From: a virus
Length of the DNA stretch: 47,986 nucleotides
Strand: one strand, 5' to 3'
Virus record (IMG/VR): IMGVR_UViG_3300048856_000013
Coordinates: 1 to 47,986 of that record
The notes beneath the pieces were generated by a model. It saw nothing but the letters and a program-made list of their open reading frames with translations. It searched no databases and was not told the DNA's origin. A program made the position numbers and the translations under genes. Below, piece by piece: positions 25,293 to 34,601 of the stretch (the stretch's first letter is position 1; every line of letters starts with the position of its first letter).

Positions 25293-26251
25293 CAGCGGCC
25301 TCCCGAATTGCTCTGCTTGGTCTGTGTGCCGGTCTTGGGGCGCTCGGCCCGCTTGTCGCTCTGTGCCTCGGCCGGATCAGCCAGGCGCATTTCTGTCACC
25401 CAGTCGCCCTGGTGGGTGTCGCCAATGTGCCGGAGATCGCGCACCACCAGGACGCCCTCGGCGCCCCGCGCATTCAGCTTCACCCGGTCCCCCGGCAGGA
25501 GGGTCGGCAGCAGCAGGCTCTTCACCCGCCATCCGTCGAACGCGTCTTTCGAGGCTTTGACCTCGCGGGTCTTGCCGGTCGCCGTATCCGTGACCTGAAC
25601 CGGGGCCAAGCGCCCACGCCGCTGCCGTTCGGGGCTGCCCACCAAACCGCTATCGGCGGAGAGTTCAAACACCGTCCGGTTCGTCGTGCCGCCGCGGCGG
25701 ATAACCTGCAGGGCGCCCGCCTGGATGGACCACGCCAACCCAGTGCCAGCCGTTACCTTGTCCAGTGCCGCCCGAGCTGTGCCATGGAAGGAGAGACCCC
25801 CGGCCCAAGACCGGGACGGCGCATCGCTCGGCAGCATCAGGCTCAGGCCCATGGTCTTGGCCAGATCCTCCAGCACCTTCTTAGAAGTCACGCCAGCCGG
25901 GTAGCCAAGGGTGACCACGCTGTCCCGGTAGGTCGCGGACCCTTCGCCAAGCTCCAAAGTCGTCTTCACGTTTGGCCCGTCGAAGGAGGTCCAGGCAAAG
26001 ACCACGTCGCCCTGGAAGACTTCCAGCGGCCCGCCCTCTTCCCAGTAGCCCGCCTTGAGCACGCACCGGGTGTCAGGCTTTTCCAGCGCGGCGCGGCGCT
26101 CGGCGGAGAGATTGTAGACGATGATCTGCGACCGGTTCGGCTGCTTCCTGTCGTCCTTGCTGATTTCGAAGTTGATCCTGAGGCCTGTGATCTCGACGCC
26201 GGTTCCGCCGCCCTTGCCCACGATGAGGGAATAGGCTCGGTCGAACCTCAT
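25292..26251 (-). CDS. Baseplate hub protein (XkdQ-like)
   Basis: N-terminus MRFDRAYSLIVGKGGGTGVEITGLRINFEISKDDRKQPN is typical of this position. Confidence 0.7.
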   Translation of the reverse strand: MRFDRAYSLIVGKGGGTGVEITGLRINFEISKDDRKQPNRSQIIVYNLSAERRAALEKPDTRCVLKAGYWEEGGPLEVFQGDVVFAWTSFDGPNVKTTLELGEGSATYRDSVVTLGYPAGVTSKKVLEDLAKTMGLSLMLPSDAPSRSWAGGLSFHGTARAALDKVTAGTGLAWSIQAGALQVIRRGGTTNRTVFELSADSGLVGSPERQRRGRLAPVQVTDTATGKTREVKASKDAFDGWRVKSLLLPTLLPGDRVKLNARGAEGVLVVRDLRHIGDTHQGDWVTEMRLADPAEAQSDKRAERPKTGTQTKQSNSGGR

Positions 26252-26568
26252 GGCCTCAGATCCTCCGCCGAGAAGTACCAGAGCGCCGCTCGCCCATCCA
26301 TGAAGCTCTGCCGGTCAAGGATGGCGCCGGCAGGGGCGGTAACAGCAAGATCCCCTGGCGGAAGGGTCGGACGCCTCACTCGGCGCAGCAGCGGGCTCTG
26401 AGGGACCACGGCAATCCCGGAGATCAGGATCTCCTGGTTGAGGTCGCGCACGCTCAGGGTCCAGAGCCCGCCCTCTTGGTTCCAGGACAGGCCCAGGTAG
26501 TAGGTTTGGTCGTCCAGTTCGGCTTCGATCAACTGATCGTTCGCGTCGATGATGCCGATCGGGATCAT
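26248..26568 (-). CDS. Hypothetical baseplate/tail protein
   Basis: ATGA overlaps at both ends. Confidence 0.6.
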   Translation of the reverse strand: MIPIGIIDANDQLIEAELDDQTYYLGLSWNQEGGLWTLSVRDLNQEILISGIAVVPQSPLLRRVRRPTLPPGDLAVTAPAGAILDRQSFMDGRAALWYFSAEDLRP

Positions 26569-27215
26569 AATCCAACCCCCGCACGCAGCTTGGCGAGGAG
26601 TTGGTCCGCCGCCTTAAATCCCTGCCCTCCATAGGTGGCGGCATGCAGGACAGAAGAATTTGCCGGAGTGCTTGCGCTGCCACTACTCTGCGCGGAAGTT
26701 GAAGCGGAACTCGACTTCCCGGCGGGGGTATTGGTCTGCCCCGCCCGGCCCTTCGCGGACCTCGTGGCTTTTTCCTCTGGAACCTCAGCCGTCTTAAGCT
26801 TGACCTTTCGGATCTTGACCAATTCGGCGTTGATTTCGAGGAAGTTCCCACCGCGTCCGTCGCTCGAACGGACCGCCTTCAGGCTCGCGATGCCCATCTC
26901 CGCATATTGCTGAATGCCGGTGCTGACCGTGATTAGCGCCCGCTCCTTGTGCATGGAGCGAAGGGTATCAATGGCGTCCACAAGCCTAGTCTTTCCGCCG
27001 GCGGAAAGCGAGAAGGCGGCAATATCGTCCGTCGATACCACCCCGGAGATCCGAACTTTCTCCGCTCCCTGGAAGATGTGGTCCGTGATGAGCGAACCAT
27101 CCTCGATTGGGTAGAGGGTCACCTCACCTTCGAGACTGATTTCCTCGCTGAGGAGCGCATCGAGGACTAGTTGACCCACCACGGACTGGGCTTGGTCGAA
27201 GGATAGCGAGATCAC
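26565..27215 (-). CDS. Tail/baseplate protein following the tape measure
   Basis: GTGA overlap with the TMP stop; Ser-rich linker near the C-terminus. Confidence 0.6.
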   Translation of the reverse strand: MISLSFDQAQSVVGQLVLDALLSEEISLEGEVTLYPIEDGSLITDHIFQGAEKVRISGVVSTDDIAAFSLSAGGKTRLVDAIDTLRSMHKERALITVSTGIQQYAEMGIASLKAVRSSDGRGGNFLEINAELVKIRKVKLKTAEVPEEKATRSAKGRAGQTNTPAGKSSSASTSAQSSGSASTPANSSVLHAATYGGQGFKAADQLLAKLRAGVGL

Positions 27216-28990
27216 GGAGCCAGCCCTCCCGCGCCCTCTGCGTCAGGCATGGACATGCCCAACTGGCGGCTGAGTTGGTCGAAACGGTCCGTCAGGGTGC
27301 TGGTGGCTTGCTCGACGCCACGGCTGGCACCCGCCGCAACCTCAGGGCCGGACACGCCAGTGGCGTTGACGGTGACGTTGTTGTTGATAGTCGCGGGGGC
27401 ATTGACGGTGGTGTTGCGTGTGGTCGGCCCCATGCGGTTTAGCATCTGAGCGTTCAGCACGTCGCGCATGCTTACGCCGGGCGGTATCGGCTGCATGGTG
27501 CCATCCGGCATCTGTGCTTGGCGGCGAAAGCCGATGGCGCCAAGTCCATCCGAGATCCAGCCCTTGAGCCGGTTCATCAAGGGCTCAGTGCTGTAGTTTT
27601 CTGGCTCAATCGCGGTTGGGTTGGCGCGCGCTGGGGCAGCGTCAGTGGAGATCCTTCGCGGGGAGGGCGCTGACGGTTCGGAACCAGTCCGCGGCATCTC
27701 ACCGCTTGAAGGCGGCTCAACGCCGGGAGGGGTTGCTTGACGGGCCGCCCGCTCTCCCAACCCTTCAATCCCGAGGGACCGTTTAATAGCCGGGGGAAAG
27801 TTTGCGAAAGCCTCGCCTGCCCAATCGCGGAAGTACCCCTTCAGGCGGTCCCAGGCCTTGATCACATCGTCTGGGGTGCCAATGAAGAGGGTCTTGATGT
27901 CGTTCATCGCCCCTTTGAGTGGACCGACTAGATCCTGGAAGGAGCCGAACATCTCACCGAAAACGGTCTTAGTGTCGCCGCCTTGGGTCCATAGATAGAA
28001 GTCCTGGAGCACCGCCCCGATAACGGCAGCGGCCGTGATAAAAAGCCCCGGAATGATCAGCAGCCGCGTGACCATGGCAGCCAGCGCGCCATTCAGGACC
28101 AGAATGCCAGTTGTCAGAACGCCGACGCCCAGGGCAACGGCGCCAAGTACCCGCTCAAGCCCGCCAAATTCATTGATGGCATCCCTGACCACAGGGATAT
28201 AGCGGCGCCATTCGTCGAGCTTGCGGCCGACAACCTCGATGCCCCGGGCCAGCTTCTGAGTGATCGCGAAGCCCTGGTCCACGCTCGATAGGAAGCGGTC
28301 GAAGGCGACCTTTGAGCGAGCCATGGCTAACTCGACCGTGACCCGCATCTTGCCGAACTCGTCGCGCCCCGCCTTGGCAGCAGCCAGAAGCGCCGGAAGG
28401 ACGTTCTTGTTCGTCAGCTTCCCCTCGGAGCCCATCTCCTTCAGCTTGTCGGCCGTGGTGCCGATGGCCTCGGCCATGGCATTGACCAGCGTGGGGCTGC
28501 TGTTCTCCAGGAAGGCCTTCAGCTCGTCGCCGGCGAAATTGTTGGCGTTCACCGCCTGGCCGAGCTGGACGAAGATGTTGGAGGTCTCAGCCGCCGAGGA
28601 ACCGGCCGCCAGCAGGCCCTTCTGGACGCCATCCACCAGGGAGATGGTGTCTTCCAGGCTGTAGCCCAGCTTCCCCATGGCGGGGTTGAAGCGCAGGAAG
28701 GCCTTGGTGGTATCAACCACGGCCACGCCGGTCTCGCGGGCGCTGGTATACAGGCCCTCGTAAGCCGCTGCGGCCTGCTCAGGACCATTCGTCGCCGCGC
28801 CAATGCGGTTCATCGACGTGGTGTATTCGTCGCCAGCCCGGACCAATTCCTTGACCGAGAAGGCGGCGGCGATGGCCGCGGCGGCAGCCGCAGCAGCCCG
28901 CTTCAGGGTGTCGAGACGGTTGTCGTACTGGTCGGCGCCCCGCATGTCGGTGCGGAAGTTCAGCAGGGTCGCTAGCTCGCGAACGATCAC
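27212..28990 (-). CDS. Tail tape measure protein
   Basis: 592 aa, helical Ala-rich with central hydrophobic segments; GTG start overlapping the upstream stop; position after the chaperone. Confidence 0.88.
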   Translation of the reverse strand: MIVRELATLLNFRTDMRGADQYDNRLDTLKRAAAAAAAAIAAAFSVKELVRAGDEYTTSMNRIGAATNGPEQAAAAYEGLYTSARETGVAVVDTTKAFLRFNPAMGKLGYSLEDTISLVDGVQKGLLAAGSSAAETSNIFVQLGQAVNANNFAGDELKAFLENSSPTLVNAMAEAIGTTADKLKEMGSEGKLTNKNVLPALLAAAKAGRDEFGKMRVTVELAMARSKVAFDRFLSSVDQGFAITQKLARGIEVVGRKLDEWRRYIPVVRDAINEFGGLERVLGAVALGVGVLTTGILVLNGALAAMVTRLLIIPGLFITAAAVIGAVLQDFYLWTQGGDTKTVFGEMFGSFQDLVGPLKGAMNDIKTLFIGTPDDVIKAWDRLKGYFRDWAGEAFANFPPAIKRSLGIEGLGERAARQATPPGVEPPSSGEMPRTGSEPSAPSPRRISTDAAPARANPTAIEPENYSTEPLMNRLKGWISDGLGAIGFRRQAQMPDGTMQPIPPGVSMRDVLNAQMLNRMGPTTRNTTVNAPATINNNVTVNATGVSGPEVAAGASRGVEQATSTLTDRFDQLSRQLGMSMPDAEGAGGLAP

Positions 28991-29145
28991 CGGCGCTTCT
29001 CCTGCTGGGCATGTGCCTGCGCCGCTTCAAAGTCGAGCAAGGCGTTGATTTTCTGGAGGTCCAGCAGATCGACCCAGCCTTCCTTGACCGCCTGAAGGCT
29101 CACTTTGCCGGCCATGATGGGGCGCCAGATGATCAGCTCGCCCAT
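28987..29145 (-). CDS. 52-aa ORF not in the track, in the -1 frame relative to the tail chaperone (chaperone extension or small assembly protein)
   Basis: ATG 29145...TGA 28987 reads MGELIIWRPIMAGKVSLQAVKEGWVDLLDLQKINALLDFEAAQAHAQQEKRR. Its stop overlaps the TMP GTG (GTGA). Confidence 0.45.
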   Translation of the reverse strand: MGELIIWRPIMAGKVSLQAVKEGWVDLLDLQKINALLDFEAAQAHAQQEKRR

Positions 29146-29156
29146 CAGTTCAGCGC

Positions 29157-29594
29157 TTAGGCGACCTGCTGGCTTCCCGGCAGGCGGGAGGCGGCCGACG
29201 AAATGAGGGGCCTCCAGCGCTCGATGAAATCCGCGTAGTTGAAGCGGACCACCGCAACGCAGAGTTCGACGATGTCGGCAGCGGAGGTGAAGGCTGTCAG
29301 CTTGGACTGCGCGTTCAGCTTCACGGCCGCATCACCTTCGCCGACCGAGATGAAATCCGGCAGCAGGAGACGGTCGGCCAGGAAGCGAAGGGTCGCACCA
29401 TCCAAGGAGCCGGACAGCTTCTCCACCCCCGCCATAAAGGCGGCAGTCTGCCCGTCTTCTTTCGCATCCACGACCGCCAGCAACGGGCCGAGGAGGCGCT
29501 TCTGCAGGTCGCCCAGGATCTCCAGCGCCAGGAAGGCGTCGAAGCGGCGGATGTTGAATGTGGTGCCGCTGATGGTGACTTGATGACGGGTCAC
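29157..29594 (-). CDS. Tail assembly chaperone
   Basis: Position between tube and TMP; 145 aa; ATGA overlap with the tube gene. Confidence 0.65.
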   Translation of the reverse strand: MTRHQVTISGTTFNIRRFDAFLALEILGDLQKRLLGPLLAVVDAKEDGQTAAFMAGVEKLSGSLDGATLRFLADRLLLPDFISVGEGDAAVKLNAQSKLTAFTSAADIVELCVAVVRFNYADFIERWRPLISSAASRLPGSQQVA

Positions 29595-30025
29595 GAGTTA
29601 CCCCCGATGGTCACGACGGTGGGCGCCATGCATTCGATGCCCCATTCGCGGCTGCCGGCCTCCGAGCCGAACTCGATGGTCGGGTAACCGGCGATCCAGG
29701 TCTGGGAGAAGGCCAGGAGCGTTCGGCCGGATAGATCCTGCACAATCAGCGGATAGGTGCCGCCGCCGGTCAGGTCATCGACCGTGGCAAAGGTGCTCAT
29801 CACGTCATTGCTGGGGCTGACGGCCTGCAAGGTGATGGTGCCGGTCCACATCTTGTTGGAGCTGCGGGACCGGGCCACATCGCCGTCTGCGCCCACCTCA
29901 GAGGTGAAGCGCGGCGCCACCGGGCCGAACGACACGAAGGTATCGGGCGACAGGCCGGTGAGCGGCACGCCGCCGTAGATCACCAGAACCCGGTCAGAGG
30001 CATAGCTGCGAACTTCGTTGGCCAT
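29591..30025 (-). CDS. Tail tube protein (DUF3277-type)
   Basis: YGGVPLTGLSPDTFVSF...VGADGDVARSRSSNKMWTGTITLQAVSPSNDVMS pattern; follows the sheath. Confidence 0.8.
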   Translation of the reverse strand: MANEVRSYASDRVLVIYGGVPLTGLSPDTFVSFGPVAPRFTSEVGADGDVARSRSSNKMWTGTITLQAVSPSNDVMSTFATVDDLTGGGTYPLIVQDLSGRTLLAFSQTWIAGYPTIEFGSEAGSREWGIECMAPTVVTIGGNS

Positions 30026-30036
30026 GGTCTCTGCCC

Positions 30037-31116
30037 TCAGCCGATGTTGTCATAGGTCAGCACGCCGCGGATCTGCGTCGTGTGGATGGCGCTCGCCAGC
30101 CGGGCGGTGAACTTCACGTCGTTCAGCACGCGGGCGGCCACGTCAGCCGCAGAGATCTGCGATCGGCGCGGAACGGAGGTGGTGTAGGACGGGATCACGC
30201 GGTTGCCGTTGTCCACGTCCACCGCCATGGGGGCGATGCCGCCGCGCCGGACGCCGAGATCCAGGGCCTTGATCATGGCCTGCCGGATGATGGCGATACC
30301 CTCGTCCGTGTAGGGGATCTTCTCCGCGTTCACGATCGAGAGGAACACCTCGTTCCGGATCTCCTGGCAGAGCCAGTCGCGGAAGCGGATGATGTCGATC
30401 CACTCGCCCGCCGCCACCTTGCCGTTCTGCGTGATGGCATTCGTGCCGATGAAGGGCTCGAAGGTATTGCCATTCTTGGCGAAGACATTGATGGCAAAGG
30501 TCTCGGTGATCGGGGGCGCCGTCACGCCAGACAAGCGCTTGTTCGCCCAGGTCTCACCACCCGGCAGCGTCGTGAAGCAGCGCGCCGCATTGGCCACCTC
30601 GGGGAACTGGTCCGGGTCCGGGTTGTACCACCAGGCGGTGCGGAAGAAGTTGCCGGTCTTCAGCGCCGTCGCCGGCTCGGTGCCGGTCGTGGCGCCCACA
30701 TCGACGTCGGAGATGGTGGTGAGGAAGATCTTCTCGTTGGCCTCGGCCCACGCGGCGGCAAGCGGCAGATCGGTCTCGGCGTGGCTCACATCACTGAAGC
30801 CGTACCAGTCATCGCTGGCGGCCCGGGCGGCAGCCAGGGCATCCGTGATGGTCTCCGAGGCGCCGCGTCGGCCGATGAACACACGGTTCGGACCGGGGAT
30901 CTGGCTGAAGGCGACCTGCGCCGCACGGTAGAGGTCGGACGTGCTGGTGATGCCGGGGAAGTCGCCGCCCAGCAGGTCGTCTGCTTCTGTGATGATGGCC
31001 ACCCGATCCGCACCGGTGTGGACACCCATCAGCATGAGATCGCTGAAGGTTTGCTGCTGAACGCCGGCGGTGCTGAGCGAGATCTGCACCGACACGATGC
31101 GGTCGATATTTGCCAC
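30037..31116 (-). CDS. Contractile tail sheath protein (DUF3383-type)
   Basis: N-terminus MANIDRIVSVQISLSTAGVQQQTFSDLMLMG; 359 aa; precedes the tube. Confidence 0.85.
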   Translation of the reverse strand: MANIDRIVSVQISLSTAGVQQQTFSDLMLMGVHTGADRVAIITEADDLLGGDFPGITSTSDLYRAAQVAFSQIPGPNRVFIGRRGASETITDALAAARAASDDWYGFSDVSHAETDLPLAAAWAEANEKIFLTTISDVDVGATTGTEPATALKTGNFFRTAWWYNPDPDQFPEVANAARCFTTLPGGETWANKRLSGVTAPPITETFAINVFAKNGNTFEPFIGTNAITQNGKVAAGEWIDIIRFRDWLCQEIRNEVFLSIVNAEKIPYTDEGIAIIRQAMIKALDLGVRRGGIAPMAVDVDNGNRVIPSYTTSVPRRSQISAADVAARVLNDVKFTARLASAIHTTQIRGVLTYDNIG

Positions 31117-31120
31117 GGGG

Positions 31121-31642
31121 CTACTCCGTCAGTGTCGGCGGCGGTAGCGCCGCGTTGGGGTACGAAATGACGTGCTTGTGGTCGGGCGGGCAGTCGATGA
31201 CGACGTGCTCGATCAGCCCGACCTGTTCGTCCAAGGTGCCGATGGCATGGACGGTGAATTCCAGCAGGGCCCGCTGTTCGTATTGGCTGCCGTGCAGCAG
31301 CGTGGCCAAGTCGCGGACCTGATCCACCGCGCTGATGCCGATGCCAAGCTCTTCCGCCCGGCCTGCATTCAGCGGCGTACGCATCTGCATGGAGAGGCGT
31401 TGCGCCCGCTCCACAGCCTCAGCGCCAAAGACGTTGATCTCGGCCCGCAAGGTGCGGTGCTCATGGTGTGTCTGAACGCCAATGCCATCCACCGGCCTGC
31501 TGACCAGCGGCGCGGAGCCAAAGGAGCGGACCTTGAGGCTGGCATAGGGCTTCGGCGGTCTGGTGCCGTTCTGGTCCGCCCAGATGAGCGGATACGGCAG
31601 CCAGAGCGGGAACAGGAACTCTTCCAGGGCCTTTGGGGTCAC
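31121..31642 (-). CDS. Neck/tail-completion protein
   Basis: Position between the head-completion genes and the sheath. Confidence 0.6.
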   Translation of the reverse strand: MTPKALEEFLFPLWLPYPLIWADQNGTRPPKPYASLKVRSFGSAPLVSRPVDGIGVQTHHEHRTLRAEINVFGAEAVERAQRLSMQMRTPLNAGRAEELGIGISAVDQVRDLATLLHGSQYEQRALLEFTVHAIGTLDEQVGLIEHVVIDCPPDHKHVISYPNAALPPPTLTE

Positions 31643-32022
31643 GAGACTACCTCCCCATCCCCGTGCTCGATCTCTTGCGCCAGCAGGTAGCGAATGTGGC
31701 TCACCGGGCGGCCCAGGATGTCCCGAACCTGCGCGCCGATGACGAGCCAGTACGAGCCCTGGTGGAGCACCAAGTCGCCGTTGCGGTCATTGGCGCCAGC
31801 GACGTTCAGAGGGTCGTCAACCGGCCCGTAGGCTCGCAGCAGCGCCTTCACGCGCCGCCCGCCGGGTTCGCTCTGCACCTGTTGGTAGTCGCCTGACGTG
31901 GCCGGCTGGATGCCCAGCATGATTGTGTCAGGGCGGGGTTCGGCAGAGGGTGTCCAGACGCCGCGGATGTATTCGCCTTGCCGCCGGCGGACGACTGGGA
32001 CTTGCCTGCGGAAGCGGTTCAT
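31639..32022 (-). CDS. Head-tail joining protein
   Basis: Start refined to ATG 32022 (ATGA overlap); 127 aa. Confidence 0.6.
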   Translation of the reverse strand: MNRFRRQVPVVRRRQGEYIRGVWTPSAEPRPDTIMLGIQPATSGDYQQVQSEPGGRRVKALLRAYGPVDDPLNVAGANDRNGDLVLHQGSYWLVIGAQVRDILGRPVSHIRYLLAQEIEHGDGEVVS

Positions 32023-32480
32023 CCGCGCCCCCGTGTGATCTCGTAGTCGATGCTGTTGATCAGCACGCCATGGTCCACCAGGGGCGTGCTGGAGCCCTTG
32101 AGCGCGATGGTCGAGGGGGCGTTCGGCTCGGCCCAGGACTTGGAATGGCGGATCGTGTTCTGTAGCCGGTCGCGGTACCACATGCCCACGGCGGACAGCA
32201 CCTGATCAACCGTCATGCTGCCGTCGATCAGCGGCGGCACCAGGCGCCGGACGTAAGCCCGGGCGTTGTTCTCCTGAGTGTCCGCTGTGTGCCGCATCCA
32301 AGGCCGCGCCGGGATATCCTCGGTGCCGAACTCGTTCATGGCGGCATAGTCCACAACCTGCACGCCGTCCTGCGCTGGACCAGCCCGGACACCGACCTTC
32401 ACGCCAGCTCCGCCAATCAGCTTCGCCGCCGCCTTGGCCTTGTTCCAGCCGAGGTCGATCACCACCACATCACGCGGCAT
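32019..32480 (-). CDS. HK97 gp10-like head-tail attachment protein
   Basis: EFGTEDIPARPWMRH motif (IPARPF-type). Confidence 0.7.
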   Translation of the reverse strand: MPRDVVVIDLGWNKAKAAAKLIGGAGVKVGVRAGPAQDGVQVVDYAAMNEFGTEDIPARPWMRHTADTQENNARAYVRRLVPPLIDGSMTVDQVLSAVGMWYRDRLQNTIRHSKSWAEPNAPSTIALKGSSTPLVDHGVLINSIDYEITRGRG

Positions 32481-32491
32481 GGCGGTCTCCT

Positions 32492-32845
32492 TCAGCCGAA
32501 GCGGGTGATGATGGCGCCCCGGAGGCAGATGGCGTTGAGGGCCTGCCAGGAGGCATAGGCATTATCGGGCCCGCCGCTGCTGCCACCCTCGGCGTACTTG
32601 ACCGTGAGGTCGCCCTCGCGCTCTTCAACCACGGGGCCAGAGGGCTCTCCGGCCCCGCCGCCCATCTCCGCCGCCCGGCGCATCAGCAGGTAGGCCGCGT
32701 AATGCGCCTGGGCGAGGTTCTGCCGCTCTTCCGAGAGGCAGCGGGGGCGGTAGTCCTGGGCTACAGAGAGCGCCCAGGTCGTTTCAGCCGTGCCAGCACC
32801 GGCCAGAGCCGGATAGGCCATGGCCAGATGCTGTGCGGGCGTCAT
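32492..32845 (-). CDS. Head-tail connector protein (DUF4054-like)
   Basis: Position; AQAHYAAYLLM-type helix. Confidence 0.6.
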   Translation of the reverse strand: MTPAQHLAMAYPALAGAGTAETTWALSVAQDYRPRCLSEERQNLAQAHYAAYLLMRRAAEMGGGAGEPSGPVVEEREGDLTVKYAEGGSSGGPDNAYASWQALNAICLRGAIITRFG

Positions 32846-32846
32846 G

Positions 32847-33077
32847 TCAGGCCTTCTTCGCGTCGGCCTGCTTGGCGTCCTCGGCAGCGGCCTTCTTCTG
32901 GAAGGCGGCTTCGGCCTTGGAAGCGTCGGCGCCGACCGCCAGTTCCTCGGCCTCGATCATGTCCTTGACGGCCTGGATTTCCAGCATCTCGTCCGGGACA
33001 TCGACAGCCACGCCCGGCCGGCACATGGTGCCGCCCAGATGGAGCATGCGAGCCGACTTGTTCGTCACCTGTGCCAT
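32847..33077 (-). CDS. Small head-associated protein with Ala/Lys-rich tail
   Basis: 76 aa directly after the capsid gene. Confidence 0.6.
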   Translation of the reverse strand: MAQVTNKSARMLHLGGTMCRPGVAVDVPDEMLEIQAVKDMIEAEELAVGADASKAEAAFQKKAAAEDAKQADAKKA

Positions 33078-33079
33078 GA

Positions 33080-34081
33080 TCAGCCCACCGTCATCTTCGC
33101 CATGGAGAGGGGATAGTTCACCACCACGCCGCCGGTGCGCGCTTCACACGGCACCACGAACTCCAGGTTGCGCGCCTGGGGCGGGTACTGGCGGAACGGC
33201 ATGACCTGCTCGTAGCGGTAGTTCGTGGCATCGCGCTCGGCAGCGAAGACGGTCGTGCCCAGTTCCTGCGCCACCACCCACTGGACGTTCGGGTAGAGCT
33301 GCTGCAGGAACTGTCCGGCGGTGATCGTCCGGTCGGCCGTCAGGCGCTTGGTCCGCGCGGCGGCCATGCGGACGTTGTCCATGCCCACCACCGTCGCGGC
33401 GTGGATGCCGTTCGACTGGGTCGGGATGGCCTCGATCAGCGCGATGGCATCCGCCACGATCTGGTCGCCAGTCGTGCCGGCAGCGGCCCAGTTGCCAGTG
33501 GTGGGCACCACCACCGGAACGTTGGGGTGGGTCAGGATGCCCTGCAGGCCATAGACCGGGTCGCCCTGGAACTTGATCCGGTTGGACTTCTGCTCCACGG
33601 CACGGCGCGCGGCTTCGGCGCGCATGGCAGGAAGGCCCATGCCGGAGAAGGCAGAGGCCCGCAGATCCTGCTGGCTATAGCCGTAGCTGTCGCCAACGGA
33701 ACGGATCGGGGTCGCCACCTCGCGGCCGCGCACATCCGCACGGGGCAGATCGTCGGCGTAGTTGGCGATGACCTTGGCCATGCCGATCTCGTCGAAGATC
33801 TTGGTAACGATGGTCTCGGCGCCCTCGGGCACGTCGCTCTCAGTCGGCACCAGCAGGTCGCCGGACATCGCCGGAAGGCGGCGGCTGTAGACCCGCGCCT
33901 TCACGTAGTCGAGCTGGCGGGCCACCATGGGGCCGACATCGTCGGCGCGGAAGCCGAGCGCCGGCAGGGCCACGTTGATGGCCGCCAGGTCGTCCGCGTC
34001 ATAATTGGTCCACGTGTCGTCGAAGCGCGCGGGGAAGTCTTCCAGGCCGTCGGAGCGGGCCTGATCGTTGGTGCTCATCAT
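33080..34081 (-). CDS. Major capsid protein
   Basis: 333 aa, position after the scaffold and cement-like genes, HK97/encapsulin-type module (DUF2184-like). Confidence 0.85.
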   Translation of the reverse strand: MMSTNDQARSDGLEDFPARFDDTWTNYDADDLAAINVALPALGFRADDVGPMVARQLDYVKARVYSRRLPAMSGDLLVPTESDVPEGAETIVTKIFDEIGMAKVIANYADDLPRADVRGREVATPIRSVGDSYGYSQQDLRASAFSGMGLPAMRAEAARRAVEQKSNRIKFQGDPVYGLQGILTHPNVPVVVPTTGNWAAAGTTGDQIVADAIALIEAIPTQSNGIHAATVVGMDNVRMAAARTKRLTADRTITAGQFLQQLYPNVQWVVAQELGTTVFAAERDATNYRYEQVMPFRQYPPQARNLEFVVPCEARTGGVVVNYPLSMAKMTVG

Positions 34082-34090
34082 CAGGGCTCC

Positions 34091-34588
34091 TTAAGCGGCG
34101 GCCGGGAGGGTGGGCTCGCCGAGTTCGACCAGGACCATCTGTTCCGTGGTCTCCCCGGGCAGCAGCGCCACAGAGGTGATGTTCCCGCTCAGAAAGCGGG
34201 CATTCGGATAGGTCGCGGTGCCGGCATCGGCGAATACGCCGGTCGCGGGGTCGAACTTCGCCACGGCGTCCTTGGTGCAGGTGCCGGAGGCGCGAGCCCA
34301 GATGCGGCCGCGGCGCAGCGTGGAGATGGCGTCGTACTGGACGTAGCCATCCTGCGCGTTGTGGCGACCGGCCAGGGTCGCATCATAGATCGCGATGCCC
34401 TGCAGGACATTGGTGCCGATCGGGCGCACAGACACGCCGGTTGCAGCCACGGCAGCCACGACGGTGCCGAAGGCATGCGCGGCCGCGCCGCAGGGCACGG
34501 TGATCTTGTCGGTGAAGCCACTGTCGGCGAGCAGGCCGGGAACCGCCGGCTGCATGTCGAAGGTGGCGTTGTAAGAGACGGGCTGCAT
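34091..34588 (-). CDS. Head decoration/cement-like protein
   Basis: 165 aa beta-rich protein between the scaffold-like gene and the capsid gene. Confidence 0.6.
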   Translation of the reverse strand: MQPVSYNATFDMQPAVPGLLADSGFTDKITVPCGAAAHAFGTVVAAVAATGVSVRPIGTNVLQGIAIYDATLAGRHNAQDGYVQYDAISTLRRGRIWARASGTCTKDAVAKFDPATGVFADAGTATYPNARFLSGNITSVALLPGETTEQMVLVELGEPTLPAAA

Positions 34589-34601
34589 GGTCGTTCCTCC
34601 C

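Noticed and set aside
29146-29260. Search for a canonical -1 slippery heptamer (XXXYYYZ) at the end of the tail chaperone gene
   Set aside because: None found by eye (closest are c-att-tcg and c-cgg-gaa). The frameshift idea is kept only as a low-confidence finding.
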